The translations under genes were made by a program, and so were the position numbers. DNA of 63,900 bases, filler included, from Octopus bimaculoides (lineage: Eukaryota): assembly GCF_001194135.2 (NCBI RefSeq). It is 6 parts of 6 records of this genome, joined end to end, with 100 filler letters (N's around TTAATTAATTAA, not from the genome) between each part and the next. Parts side by side here need not be neighbours in the genome. Positions count along the whole stretch, not along the records: positions 1 to 12,469 come from NC_068987.1; positions 12,570 to 31,144 come from NC_068999.1; 4 more parts are not named here. One strand, 5' to 3'. Below are positions 1 to 13,130 of this stretch, piece after piece (the stretch's first letter is position 1; the number at the start of each line of letters is the position of its first letter). The notes below the pieces were generated by a model, which was not told the origin of the DNA, ran no database searches, and saw only the letters and a list, made by a program, of their open reading frames with translations.

Positions 1-121
1 CAATCGCATCGTTACAAAATCGGCATTTTGGGTCAGCTCCATTTTTTATCACATTGGCTTGGTAGTTCCGGGTTAATAAGCTTTGGTCTTGAGCAGCCAA
101 TATGAAACCTTCACTCTCTGC

Positions 122-229
<108 letters not shown>

Positions 230-670
230 ACATTTGGTAGTTTCAGGCAAATTTATACTGCATCGCTTGCTACACCTCCATGTTGCTGGGGTGTATACAG
301 TATTGTGTATTGTTTTTTTTTTATTGGGGTGGGGAGTTCAAGCTCTTTCCAGTAATGTATTGCGTCAATTTCCTTTGTTATGAGGTCTGGTACAGTCTTA
401 TTAGTGTTTTGTATTGTGTGTGCAATGCAAGTTGTTACTTCTGTTGGGTAACTGGCGTAGTGGTGGTTGTTTATTTTATTGGATTTTTTTTCAGATGATT
501 TTTTTCCAATCCTTGATTATTATGTCTTGGATATTAACTTTTATTTCTTTATCGGTTTGAACAGGCATATCCCATATGATTGTGGCCTGGTCGTTGTCAT
601 GTAACTTGTTTCGCACATGTTTATACCATTTCTTGTCAGTTTTTTATGTTATGGTGGTGGCATATTGTCT
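230..670 (-). mobile_element. R4/Dong-type non-LTR retrotransposon, decayed 3' fragment (RLE endonuclease region)
   Basis: Minus strand reads TDKKWYKHVRNKLHDNDQATIIWDMPVQTDKEIKVNIQDIIIKDWKK, matching the KWYxH...IWD..IQTD..I....PDI motif of R4-clade RLE domains. The 3' end runs into an (AAT)n tract. Confidence 0.62.
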
Positions 671-828
671 ANNNNNNNNNNTATATACATATATATATAT
701 TCAGAATTGGTAAGGACTAGGTAACCAGAGATGATGTGGTTAACTGTCTCATTGTGCTGTTTGCACATTATGCATTTGCTGTCAGGGAGTTTTCATTATT
801 TTGCTATTATAATTATTGCAAGCTCACA

Positions 829-873
<45 letters not shown>

Positions 874-877
874 ATTA

Positions 878-941
<64 letters not shown>

Positions 942-2688
942 TTATCATTTTTACTATTCGGCGAGATCAGCTTTGTCTGTCATCCTTTTGTTATCGATTA
1001 AGCAACCCTTTCCATCAGAGCTGAATGCCTTGAAGAAATGAAAAGACTAAGAAAAATAAAGAAAAAAGAAAAAGAGAAGACATAAGGTTACATAATGATT
1101 ATCAGCAATAAGAAGAAAAACAAACTTCAGTTTCCAGAGTACTATCTACCAAAGCTCAAGGGATGGCAAGGGAAATATATTAGGAGTAGATGGAGAAAAC
1201 ACCGCGTTCCGTTAACTGTGTCAGTCTGTAGTATCATATCATCATCATGTGATGAAGTGGTGATAATTCTTAAGGATGTCAACCTGCTATCTGCCGATAA
1301 AAATCTGGAAGGATAAAAGCGAAAAAATTTCGATGTGTAAGCAATATTTAAAAAACGGATGAGGGGAATATTTCCTTCAAAGAAGCAATGATATATCTGG
1401 AAAAAGAAGAAAATGAAGATTAAGAATGAACTAAAATTTACTGTTCTTTGAAGATTAAAGAAACTAAGACAAAATTACGTATTTGTTTTGTGACGGACTT
1501 TTCGAGGGAGTTATAATGATACTAAAATGGTTAGATTCAGAATTTAAATAACATGCAAATGATAAATTATTATTGAAATTAGGACATTACAAAACGCTTC
1601 AAGAGAATACCCTGAAAATGTTGGTGTTTTTCAAATCAAGTGTAAAAAATGCTTACCGGTGCATTTGGTATCACTCGCACACAATTTGACAAACGATGTG
1701 TAAAGGTGAGAGTATCTTTCATGCTCAGTTTCCTTTTAATTATAAATTGTTTAATTATTGTGCATTTTATTGCTTACTTCTACGTAACAACACCCTAAAG
1801 AACAGATCAAGTATATTATTATTCGAAAGATGAAACGGGAGTTAACGGCGGACATAAGATCAAAAAAGCAATTAAAAAAACACAGGAAACAGGTAGATGA
1901 GATGAATGTGCTGCGTTACCAGAACCCAGGTATCTCTTAAGGATACATATGGAAGCAATAGTAGTTTTACTATTAACGGTGTTTAATTTAGTAATTGCTT
2001 TATTCGAAATCGCATATAGCTTTGATAAAGAGACGTTCTTTTCCTACAGTTTGCGTGTTTTGTTTAAATGTAACACTTGTTTTTATATGTGCGTAATTTT
2101 GAAGAATTTTTCTTCACTGATTCTCTTTATAAAATGTACATAGAATCGTTTTTAAACAGAATTAATCCTTTTAATAATGTAATTATAATTTAGAAATATC
2201 GCTTATATTTATTCTTTTACGCTTTATCTTGAAAACATTATATTGAAATGCTCTCCTACGAGAACAATGAGAATCTAAACACATTTAGTTGACGTCATAA
2301 ACATTTTGAATTCAAATAACACCAAAAACTTGTTTATTTTTGAGTTCACAGGTCTTCAACACACTGGGGTGCATACTTTGTAGTTCAGGTGCAAAGCTAA
2401 AAAAACATTTAAAAAATTATTTCAAGCAATTCAGCACAAATTAAATGAAAATCATTTGTTTGATTAGAAAACCCAAAAATAATGACTCGGGAAAATGTTT
2501 CTTTATTGATTTGCTTTCAATACCAGGGAAAGAGTGAATGAATTCAAAATCAATGTCCTTTTAGATATCCGTTTGATAAAAGGTAGTTTAGATATTTACT
2601 TGACATAATGTATTCTATAAATTGGTTTAATAGTTAAAAATTTTTCATATAATATTTCTATTTTGATGATTCACTATTATGTAGGGTG

Positions 2689-2761
<73 letters not shown>

Positions 2762-3349
2762 GTGTATATATATTTACATCATGATGTTTTACCGCTATTA
2801 CGTGACCATCTTACGTAGATCGTAGGCCAAATTTGTCCCCCTTTTTAAGGGGAAAATAAACTTAAGGACATTTTTTTCTATCTTAGGTGAATTCTTTCAG
2901 TGGAGTATTGGTAGTAGCCAAAGTGATGCTTCGAATGGTAAAAAGCAAAAACTGGAAAGGAAAGAGATACCCAGCTGTTACGGAGGATATCAAAATTTAT
3001 AAAATGTATCAGAGCAGAATATCTGAGTGCCCATGGCGTATCAGTATCTGTTCAATGAGTCGAAAATGAGACTGATGCCAACCTTGTGTCTGTGATTGTG
3101 AGAATCACTGAAGATGAAGATCGGGATGGTGATGACATTTCAGAAAGTAGAACTTGTTGCAGTAGTACCATTATTCAAAACCATATTATTCTATGTAAAA
3201 CCAGAAGTGAATCGAGAATTGAGCATAAATGAAATAGCATGTAAAGATATTGATATGGGATTGTGTATTTCATACAACATAAGAAATGCATGAATAGCGG
3301 ACCAATAAACAGAGCGATGATTGTAGAAATTCAGACGCAGGATACAGCA

Positions 3350-3980
3350 AAAATATGGCGGAAACTGGGGAAGGTTACGGTCGACATTACACAATGAAAT
3401 TATTGTTATTCAGTGGAATTCATTCACTCCTGGGCTTAAAAACTGGAAAAAAGGATCTTTCAAATTATTTGCCTATTACAAAACGTGTGTTCTGTTGTGT
3501 GTGTAACATATTACATGGTCAATGCCGTAGACAGCAGCAGATAAATGTTTTTATCGGTTGCATTGAACAATTGGTAAAAAGCCGAAGAAAAGAGTTTCTT
3601 TGCATGAAAGTGTATAGATTTATCGAATTCAATGTTTCCATTGACATCAAGAAGTGGTGGAGGTAATGTAGGATTTATTGATGTTATCCTGAGGAAGTAA
3701 ATGGGAAATGAATGCAGTTAGCTGTAGTAGAGAAATGTGTTCAAGCGTGCAATGAATTGCATTGGTTTTATTGATAAGGGAGGCCACGAGTTATAGGGAT
3801 CTAATCGAATATTTGGATCACCTGTAAATGATACCTATCTTGAAATTACAGAAATATTTTCAGGATAAGGTACATTCTTAACAGAGCATTCTTAGATGCC
3901 TGCAAATAAAGGAATTGGTCATATTTCTGATATGTTAGCAGAAATCTGGGAAGAATTCGTATGCATAATACGATCATTTG
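3350..3980 (+). mobile_element. Decayed hAT-type transposase (TTF zinc finger plus DUF4371-like region)
   Basis: Frameshifted translation gives KRVFCCVCNIL...NNW*KAEE.V.LHES (TTF-type zinc finger), then RNVFKRAMNCIGFIDKGGHEL*GSNRIFGSPVNDTYLEI (DUF4371-like). Confidence 0.55.
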
Positions 3981-4547
3981 TTCGGAATGCGATTATTAAT
4001 GGAATTACCAGATATTTTCCAGTTTCACCAGGGCTTACCCTTGATATTGCATAAACACAGCAGCTGATCGTGATTTCGTCAATAAAATAAACTATTATAT
4101 CGTATGTACATGTCGTTTATATCTATGAACACGTACATTATTACATTAATGAATGTGTACCAGTGAACATGTACACATTATATAAATGTGTGTATCACTG
4201 TACATGTGCATTATTTATACATTATATTTGTTCAATTTCATTATAGATATGTTCTAGCATCGAGGCCAGGTGAAACATTTCTTTATGAGGAAGGCAAGTC
4301 ATAAAACTAGTCAGTAGATTTCGAATATAATTTCAGACTTTATGGTAAAATATAGACTTGATATTTCAAAGGAGAATTCTAGAGAGAGGAGTTATACGAT
4401 ACCTTCTCAAACCTGAATGACACATACAATAGGAAAAAGATTAAAATAAAGGAAACGCGAAAACCTGCAATATCCTTTGCCTATTGTATTCATTAGTTCT
4501 TCTAGTAGGCAACAATCAAGTAGAGAAATATGTATTAGTACTCTGAA

Positions 4548-4612
<65 letters not shown>

Positions 4613-4634
4613 CATTATTATTATTATTATTATT

Positions 4635-4709
<75 letters not shown>

Positions 4710-4728
4710 ATTAATATTATTACTATTA

Positions 4729-4947
4729 AGGCAGCGAGCTGGCAGAGTCGTTAGCGCACTGGACAAAATGCTTAGCGGTATTTCGCCCGTCGCTACGTTC
4801 TGAGTTCAAATTTTGGCGAGGTTTACTCTGCCTTTCGTCCTCTCGGGGTCAATAAAATAGTACCAGTTGAACACTTGGACCGATGTAATCGACTCATCCC
4901 CTAAAATTACTGCACTTGTGGCAAAATTTGAAACCATTATTATTATT
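4729..4947 (+). mobile_element. tRNA-derived SINE, family A
   Basis: A-box-like TGGCAGAGTCGTTAG, B-box-like GAGTTCAAATT, central GCCTTTCGTCCTCTCGGGGTCAATAAAA, and an (ATT)n tail. Related copies recur across the window. Confidence 0.8.
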
Positions 4948-4959
4948 CATATACATTCA

Positions 4960-7900
4960 ATATATACACTCATCATCGGGCTACAACAAGTAGCCTTAGA
5001 TGCCAAAAGCCCTCCTACTGGATTACAGCAAGTGACCTAAGATGCCAAGAACCCTCCAAAGTATCCTAGATGTCCCTAATACCACTGTTTTCTGGAGCCG
5101 TACTAAACTGGGTTTTGTGCCTATTTCCTATATCCATTTGTTCAGATATTTAAGGATAATTCCCAATACACCTATAACTACTGGGATACATTTTAACCGC
5201 ACTGGATTAGGAAATTATCTGTAAGTATGAGATCATGGAGAACCACACTGACGTTGAACAATGACAATGAATCTCTAAATGCTGGAGATGTAAGAATTTC
5301 ATGTGGCATTTTCCAGGGTGACTCACTATCACCACTCCTCTTCTGTCTAGCCTTAATACCTCTCTCCAAATTGCTCAATGATGCACAGTATGGTTATAAA
5401 ATGTCTCTGTAATTCTATAGTTAGGTCCTGGAACATTGCTATTTTTTCTATACTTCTCATATTAATTTTTTCATCATTTGGGACTGTAAAGATATTATCT
5501 GGCACTTTCTATTCTCTTTATCTACTACTACTAAATCAGGCATTCTAGCTTCTATTACTCAGTGTAAAAGTTGAAGTCTCGCTACATCTTGTATTTTTTA
5601 CTATCTAGTACTTTACTATGTTCATGTTCATGCCATTTATCAGTATCTTCAAATCCTAGCTTTCTACATAGCTCCCAGTGGATTGCTCTCCCTAGATTGC
5701 CATGTCTTTTCTCGTATTCTTTCTGTGCCAGTATACTACATTCACTTACTATATGACTATGACATACGCTTTCCTCTTTTGATTTGCATAATCTACATTG
5801 AGGATCTGCTTGGCTTTTGTCAATCTTGGCTTTTATCTAACTGGTCCTTAATGCTTAATCTTGTGCAGCTACTAACAAACTTTCTGCTTCCCTCTTCAGC
5901 TTTCCTTTCTGCAATCATGACCATGTCTCACTATGACTATTTACTGAAACTATCTTTGGGAATCTGCCATGCAACGCCTTCTCCTGCCAGTCAGATAATT
6001 TCTGTTCTTTTTTCTGGTTTTTAATTTTTATTGGTGTTTATGTTATTCTGTGACTCTAGCAGCTTTTAATAAACTTTCTTTACTATTACCTACATAAGAG
6101 TCTATATCTACTCTAGCTAACTCCACGCAGTCTTCTGCTGATATTAACTCTCTTCCACCTTCCTTTCTAGGTCGGTAATAATCTTGCTACTCCTGCCCTT
6201 GGGTGGAGTCCTCTATTCATATTGTATTCCTTCCTAGTTCTTCTGCCTAGCTTTGTTGATTCAGTTTTTGTCCAATCTACAAAAGCTGCCGAGTATCTAA
6301 GTAATGATACTGCCCGAGTATTTACAGCCTTCACCAGATTCAGACCATTTAACTTTGACTTCACTAGTTTCCTCACCCCTCAGATGTACTCCTAAACTTT
6401 CGCTTTCATTTCTGTAGTTAGTACTCTGTCAGATTATAATACGCCTAGATACTTATAACTTTCTCCTACTTTCAATGATTTTCATATCTGGCCATCTGGT
6501 AATTGGATGCCTTCGCTGTTGACTACCTGTTCCCTTCTCATGCAAAATTCCATACCTATATCTTTGCTGAAGAGTCTCACAATCTGTATTAAGGAATATA
6601 TCACTTTTTAACTCTTACTAAATGGCTTCAGATCAAACATAATACAAATAGTAAAGGGAACAACGAGTTCCCCTGGAAAATTCCTCTTTTGATATTAACT
6701 TTCCCAAGAGTGTACCACCTAAGTAGAGATCTACTTTCCATTTCTTCATGCTAAAGCTAATTAATTCTCTTATACTGTCTGTTATACTGAATATAATCAA
6801 ACATTCATTATCCATGAGTGTGGGATCATGTCATAGGCTTTCCTATAATCCATCTATGCTATATATCTATCCATGCTATATAGATTTCTTTCTAACTTTT
6901 ACTTAATTTAGAACTGCTTTGTCTATATATAATAGATCATGCGCTTCTCTAGCCTTCCTGCAACATTTCTCTTCTTCTGGATGTAAATTCTGGTTGTCAA
7001 GGTACTCGTAAATATTTTCTCAAAGCATTCCTGTTAAAAGCTTTAATACTAATGGTAAGCAAGTGATTGGTCTATAGTTGCTAGCTGTATTACCCTTGCT
7101 CTTATCTTTCATAATGATTATTGTCCTCCCTCTAGTCATCCAATCTGATATTATTCTTCCATTAAGGCAATCTTGAAGGTGTTCCTTCAGCCTCCCATGT
7201 AAACTATTGAATTTCTCTAGCCTGTACTCATGAACTAAATATGGTCCTGGGTCCTTCCAATTCGGCATTTTTCCTAACACTTTACTCATTAAGGCACTAG
7301 TTAATCTTAGATCTGGCTGCTTCTCACTCACTACTTCTGCCCTCACTTTCTTTAACCATACTGCATCTCCATTATGATTGACCGGTTTATCCCAAATATT
7401 ACTCCAGAACTTCCTAGCTTCTTCTGCATTAGGTTTCTCATCTTCAGTACTTAATTTTCTACTATTTATTTAGTTATAAAATCTCCTCTGGTCTATCTTA
7501 AATAATCTATTCTGTTGATACTGATCTATTCTTTTCTGATATCTAGAGACATTGCGTGCTACTGCTATGATACGCTGTTTCAACTCATCTATTATTGTCT
7601 TTGACTTAGTATCTTTCTCCTAGGTAAGATTTGCATTTTTTGTTTCCTAACTTGTTAGTTTTCCATGCTTCTATTCTACTCAGATCTTGTCCTAAACTCT
7701 TCACTTTATTTTGTGGTCTCCTTTTCCACGTTTGCTCTTTTTTAAAACTACCTGTGAGATATCTACTCCTCCTGCATAGATCAATAAGTTGGTGTCTTCT
7801 ATATTTTTAGTGTTTACCCTACCGATATCAGAATCTACTATCCTAGTCACTTCTTGTAACTTCCTTTTTTTGTTGCCTTTTAATGCTGGCATTCTTTTTC

Positions 7901-8905
7901 TTTTTTTACCCATTACTTACTGCAACTCATCTAAAATTTTCTGATCTTTCTCACTTAAACCACTGAAGTCGTTGATTCCAGTTGTCTCTTTCTTATTGGT
8001 AGCGCTATTATTATTTTTTCCTTTAGGTTCTTTGATTTGATCTGTATCTCTTATGTTGTTGTTTGTCTTACCTACTACCTGGTCTCTTCCGTTTCTTTTT
8101 GATCTCTTCTACCTTCAATTCTGTCATCCACTTTCTTCTAATATCCTTAACTTGATCAACTAATCTCTGCTCAGTCACTTTAAATATACCCTTCTCTACC
8201 CAAAGTGTTAACATCCGTTTCCTATAGCCTCTTTTTTAGGTTCACTTTCCAAGTAGCACTGTATGATTATCCTGTTTTCTTCGCTGGTCCACTTCCTCCT
8301 CTTTGCTCTATTATCTGCTGATGCTGTATTAGGATGACAGCTGTGGTCAGTCTGCATCTTTACTAATCCTCTACCGAGCGAGAGGCCTTCTCCTGGTGGT
8401 CCAGCTTCATTTTCATTGTTACAACCAAAGTTTCTTCGGAAACTCTTGTCTCTCATTAACTGGGGTAAGGCAACGTTCGACACCATCGAATCTGGTTCCT
8501 CATTCCAGTACGTGGCCCTTTGTAATCCCGTCGATGACCATTCCGGTTTGTATTTTGCTTTGTTAACAGTGAGCCATGACGAGCTTCGACGTTGACATTA
8601 GGGGACGGATCTGTCTGTTAGGGGTTACATTTTTGAGACAACACCGTCTCCGAGTTTTCTGCATGTAAACATTGCTCGTAACGTAGCTTCTTAAGGCTAA
8701 TAGATCTATATCGAGTACGTGGCCCTTTGTGATCCGGTCGACGACTAATCTGGTTTGTAATTTGCTTTATTATCATTGAGGCATGACGAGCTTCGACATT
8801 GACATTAGGGGACAGATTTGTCTGTTTAGGGTCAATTTTTGAGACAACACCGTCACCGAGTTCTCTGCATGTAAACATTGCTCGTACTGTAGCTTCTTAA
8901 GACTA
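4960..8905 (-). mobile_element. Near-full-length decayed R4/Dong-clade non-LTR retrotransposon (RT plus RLE)
   Basis: Colinear minus-strand fragments: RRKWTSEENRIIIQCYLES (N-terminal); KMPNWKDPGP...GRTIIIMKDKSKG..SNYRPITCLP (RT start); VNIKRGIFQGNSLFPLLF; KLNGLNLVKAVNTRAV...LHPRAGVARL; RHGNLGRAIHWELC...KWHEH...PDLVVVDKENRKC (RLE); IPVVIGVLG...LQKTVVLGTSRILWRVLGI* (C-terminus). Many stops and frameshifts. Confidence 0.9.
5205..5403 (+). mobile_element. Inverted RT fragment from another R4/Dong-type element, nested in the host RLE domain
   Basis: ORF 5227-5412 reads MRSWRTTLTL...VRISCGIFQGDSLSPLLFCLALIPLSKLLNDAQYGY. It lies between host minus-strand segments ...IELQR and RLKCIPVVIG... Confidence 0.85.
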
Positions 8906-8910
8906 ACAGA
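8507..8910. repeat. Two tandem ~207-bp monomers at the 5' end of the R4/Dong element
   Basis: AGTACGTGGCCCTTTGT starts at both 8507 and 8714. The units align throughout with scattered substitutions. Confidence 0.88.
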
Positions 8911-9503
8911 TTTGCATTTGTCTATATTTTTTTTTTTGTTGTTGATAGGTTTATCTCCGAGCATAGTTTTGTGGTGTTTTAAAACTTATGAATGGTTCGC
9001 TCTGTCTGTGTTAGTTCGAAAAATAGAAAATAAAAAAAGGAAAAAAAGTTTTGTTTTTGGTTTTTGCTTCGTTTGTGACACGTGTTCTCATATGCGTGAA
9101 TGAGTGTCCTGTAAATTTCACGTAGCTGTGTAAACATTGAGATGTATGTGTAGTCCTATGGGTATCAAAATATATATATGATTGTGTAGACATTCGAGTG
9201 TATGCGTAATTACTCAATAGTACTATCCCAAATAGTACCTATAGTTTGTTCCATTTCTATTTTATAATTTGAAAAGTTTCCAGCGCTGACTTCGTGTGTG
9301 TGTCTCACACATGTTTCACTGAGACATCGTGCATAGGAGAAACTGTGTTTTGTATTTCAGTAAAATTTCGTTTCTTTTTTTTATTATTTTCGTTAAAAGA
9401 TTGCTTCCTTCAAGTCTTCCACAGGTTCTTTCATCTAATTCCATGGATGTTATTGGATTAGATTTGTTTTTGAATGGAGAGCCCGGTGTAGCACGTCCAT
9501 GTC

Positions 9504-9537
<34 letters not shown>

Positions 9538-9744
9538 GCAATAAGAAGGGTGTGCTGCCATTTATAATACAGATCCATTCTATTTATTGAATGATGGAAT
9601 TGAACAATATTTCAACAAATTGTCTGCCTTCCTCGAGTTCAAAATATAAAATGAAAAAAAAAAAACGCATCAGTACAGTAATTCAAAATATGAACGGGAA
9701 TATCCTGCGTTCCTTTTTTTTTTAGATAAAATGACATCAGACGA

Positions 9745-11625
9745 AATGAAATCTCGGGCCGGGACGGGAGCACGCTACTCGAATCCAAGCAGATGTGTGC
9801 GGAATTTCAGCACTTTGCCGAACGGTACGGAGTGCGCGGTGAGTCGGAGACAGGGTTGGTTTTCACCTCTTACGTCGATGGTATGCCACGCCTTTCGAGC
9901 AGGGATACGGAGTTCTGCGAAATGCCGATAGCAGTCGAGGACATACTGGATACGATGACTAGCAGTACAAAGGAGAATTCTCTGGGGCTGAATGGTCCTC
10001 TCTTTGAGCTTTATCTTCATATGCCAGACTTTTTCGGGGATCTCTTGGTAGATGTCTATCATAACTGGCAGCAGAATAGAAGGATTCCTAGTGCTATGAG
10101 CTGTGATGGTGGTGATGAGAAAAGACTCGAACAAGAGGGATCAAGTCGATAATTTTAAGCCCGTAACTTTGCTAAACGCAGATTGCATGATTTTTGCCAA
10201 GGTGTTAGCCAAGAGGTTGGCGCTTGTCGTCGATAAACTGGTCGGTGACGCGCAGACATGAACTATCCCAAACAGATCTATCGACAACCTCCACTTCACA
10301 CGCTACGTCATAGAAAAGGTCGTTAAGGAACCTGGCATAGATGGGCTCTGAGGAATTTTGATCAATCAAAAGCTTTTGATAGTGTAGATCACTAATACTT
10401 GGAGGTTGTCCTCACAGCGGTCGGTTTCGGCCTCGTTTACAGAGGCTGGATCGCTGCAGTATACAGTGACATAGGCTCGGTATCACAGTAAATGGCCACC
10501 TAACGGAATCGTTTACCATCGCATGTTCGGTCCATTTAGGATGCCAACTCTCGCTCTTTCTGCATGTGCTGGCTCTTGACTAAGGAAATTGAATGTTTCG
10601 AGGGACATCTCGTGTGACCTAGGGTGCAGAATGTTTGTGTCGGCTTATGCAGGCTACGTCACCGTAACAGTGTTGGACATCTGGGAAATAGAGGTGATCA
10701 GTACTACCTTAAGGGAGTACGAAGTGGTAACAGGAGCAAATATTAACCAGAAGAAGTCGGTGGGCTTGCAACTCGGCATCTGAAGAGGTAGGTCCATGTC
10801 GAGAGATAACTTTGAAAGGCGCTGGACGGAAGGACCGGTTAAATCAATCGGGGTCTGGTTTGGTCCGGACCTCCAGATGGACAAGAATTGGGTAGAGGTA
10901 GCGAGCAGGGTGGCCACTCTTGCCCAGAAATGGGCAGAGAGGAAACTACCCTTGAAGGGTCGGGTGGAGGTGATGGAGGTGGGGACTGCGTACATCATTT
11001 CTGTCATTTACTACCACTGCCTTATCCCGCTGCGTGGCTGATCAAGCTGGAGTACTTGGTCATCCAAATTCTGTGTTCCGCTTGTCAGATGGCCCAGATG
11101 TTCCGCTGTCAGTAGCCGCTGAGTGGAGGACTGGGAATGCTGTAGTTAATGACACGCAGACATGCGCTAAGACCGCGACATCTTCAGCGCTTCCTAAACG
11201 GTGAGCAGCTGTGATCACCACTTACCAGACAGGATTTTCCGCAGCTCGTCTCACAGAGCTACAGTCCTAAATTAAGCGTAGACCGAGAAAGGGCGCTTTG
11301 CACCTGGGGTGTCGACAAGCGCTCACAGCCCTCTACCAGTAGGGTAATCTGGTCGGTAGAAGTTCTGCATTGGAGTTCTATAGGTGATAAGTGACGGGAA
11401 AGAGCTCAGAGTTTCTTCGGGAAACTCTGGACGTCGGAAGGGATCAATTAGCTGGTATTTTCTGGAGGACTTTCGAGCCGGGTCCTGTGAATAATTCCCA
11501 GAAATCCCTGGCCTGGAAGTGTTACTGAGGTGTTCTACAGGCACGGAAGCGTCGTGAGACGGACCTGTCCGAGATGTGCGCAGGCCAATGAAACCGTTCA
11601 GCATGCACTCGTTCAGTATCCGAGC
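9745..11625 (+). mobile_element. L1/Tx1-clade LINE, 5'-truncated decayed RT and C-terminal zinc knuckle
   Basis: Translations: KENSLGLNGPLFELY...FGDLL; FKPVTLLNAD..IFAKVLAKRL; DQSKAFDSVDH; GANINQKKSVGL; CPRCAQANETVQHAL. Confidence 0.88.
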
Positions 11626-11634
11626 ATTTCTCTA

Positions 11635-11735
11635 TACCTCTCAAATTGACTTTCTCATCATTTGGGACTGTAAAGTCAATTACGTGGCATTCTCTATTCC
11701 CTTTATCTACTAAATCAGGCCTTCTAACTTCTATT
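11635..11735 (-). mobile_element. Short RLE fragment of the same R4/Dong family as 4960-8905
   Basis: Minus strand reads IEVRRPDLVDKGNRECHVIDFTVPNDEKVNL. The DNA is similar to 5460-5560. Confidence 0.75.
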
Positions 11736-11915
11736 GCTCTTTATGTTCTGAATTCAAATTCCACCAAGGTCGACTTTGCCTTTCATCCTTTCGAGATCGA
11801 TAAAATAAGTACCAGATGAGTACTGGAGTCAATGTAGTCGACTTACGCCCTCCCCCGAAATTGCTGGCCTTGTGCCAAAATTTGAAACAATTGTTATTAT
11901 TATTATTATTATTTT
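11736..11915 (+). mobile_element. SINE family A, 5'-truncated
   Basis: GAATTCAAATTCCACCAAGGTCGACTTTGCCTTTCATCCTTTCG...AAATTTGAAACAATTG followed by (TTA)n. Confidence 0.78.
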
Positions 11916-11929
11916 CTACTCTATACACT

Positions 11930-12130
11930 AAGCCCAAAATTTTGGGGGGTGAGGAGAGAGGGCAGTCGATTACATCAACCCAGTACGCAACTGGTACTTA
12001 ATTTATCGACCCTGAAAGGATGAAAGGCAAAGTCAACATCGACGGAATTTGAACTCAGAACGTAAAGACAGAGGAAATGCCGCTAAACATTACGCCTGCC
12101 GTGCTAACGTTTCTGCCAACTCGACGCCGT
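11930..12130 (-). mobile_element. SINE family A
   Basis: Reverse-complement copy: ...GAAAGGATGAAAGGCAAAGTC...GGAATTTGAACTCAGAACG...GCTAACGTTTCTGCCAACTCG. Confidence 0.8.
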
Positions 12131-12134
12131 TATT

Positions 12135-12169
<35 letters not shown>

Positions 12170-12513
12170 TATGTTTTTTTTTTCTTCTTTCTTCAAATTT
12201 TTTCCCATTTCTCGCCGAGTGTTTTCCGTACACCTAGGGCAGAGAAACGTTGCATGCATTCCCAATTTACACACGCAAATTCATAGGTAAAACATGTATT
12301 TAAGAAAAAAAAAATCATGAATGGATGTTGTTTTCACAGCGATAATGCTCTTCTTAGTACATGAGTCGTTGCAGTTAGCACGATTTTTTGCACCTCCTGT
12401 AGAGATGGTAAGCCTGGTATCATTTTCAAATAGATTTGAGTACCTTTTTTTATCATTCCTAGAGATCCTNNNNNNNNNNNNNNNNNNNNNNNNNNNNNNN
12501 NNNNNNNNNNNNN

Positions 12514-12525
12514 TTAATTAATTAA
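12514..12525. other. Assembly linker TTAATTAATTAA inside N gaps (also 31189-31200, 54345-54356, 58999-59010, 61983-61994)
   Basis: The identical 12-mer, which gives stops in all six frames, is always flanked by N runs. It is technical, not biological. Confidence 0.95.
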
Positions 12526-12894
12526 NNNNNNNNNNNNNNNNNNNNNNNNNNNNNNNNNNNNNNNNNNNNTATATATATATGTATATATATATGTATATAT
12601 ATGTGTGTGTGTGTGTGTGGATGTGTATATATATATATATACACCCATGTTGGGTGTATATGCGCACAATGTAATTGTGTTTGTGTTGAGCAGGACGTAA
12701 CCGAGTGCACAGTGTGTATGTATGCGTTTGTATGTCATTTCGGGCTGTACTCATATGAACAGAATCTACTGAAGCCCTTTTATCCATTTTAGATTCGATC
12801 ACCAAACTAGGGGTTGTGATGGTATTCGTTTTAGTTTTTTTCTCACTCATATTTCCTGTTGATATTCACTGAATGACACTTGGAGCCTACCTTT

Positions 12895-13130
12895 TATCGT
12901 TTATTTACTTCCACGCTAGAGCACCACTTTGTCGAACTATTAGTCGAACAAATCGATCCCAGTACATTTTTGTAGGCCCGGCTCGTATTCTATCGGTGTT
13001 TTGCCGAACCGCTAAGTTACGTAGACGTAAAAGAAAACCAACACTTCTCCAAGGTTCTACGCAATGTGACGGAATCTGGAACCCCTATGGCTAGAAAGCA
13101 AAATTCTTACCACACAGCAACGACTGGGCC
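12895..13130 (-). mobile_element. Decayed, internally deleted SINE family B
   Basis: Shares GAACAAATCGA.CCC, TTTTGCCGAACCGCTAAGTTACG and CTTACCACACAGC with the copy at 15728-16147. Confidence 0.55.

Noticed and set aside
12514-12525. Recurrent TTAATTAATTAA 12-mer as a regulatory or repeat motif
   Set aside because: It is always embedded in N runs and is an assembly spacer.
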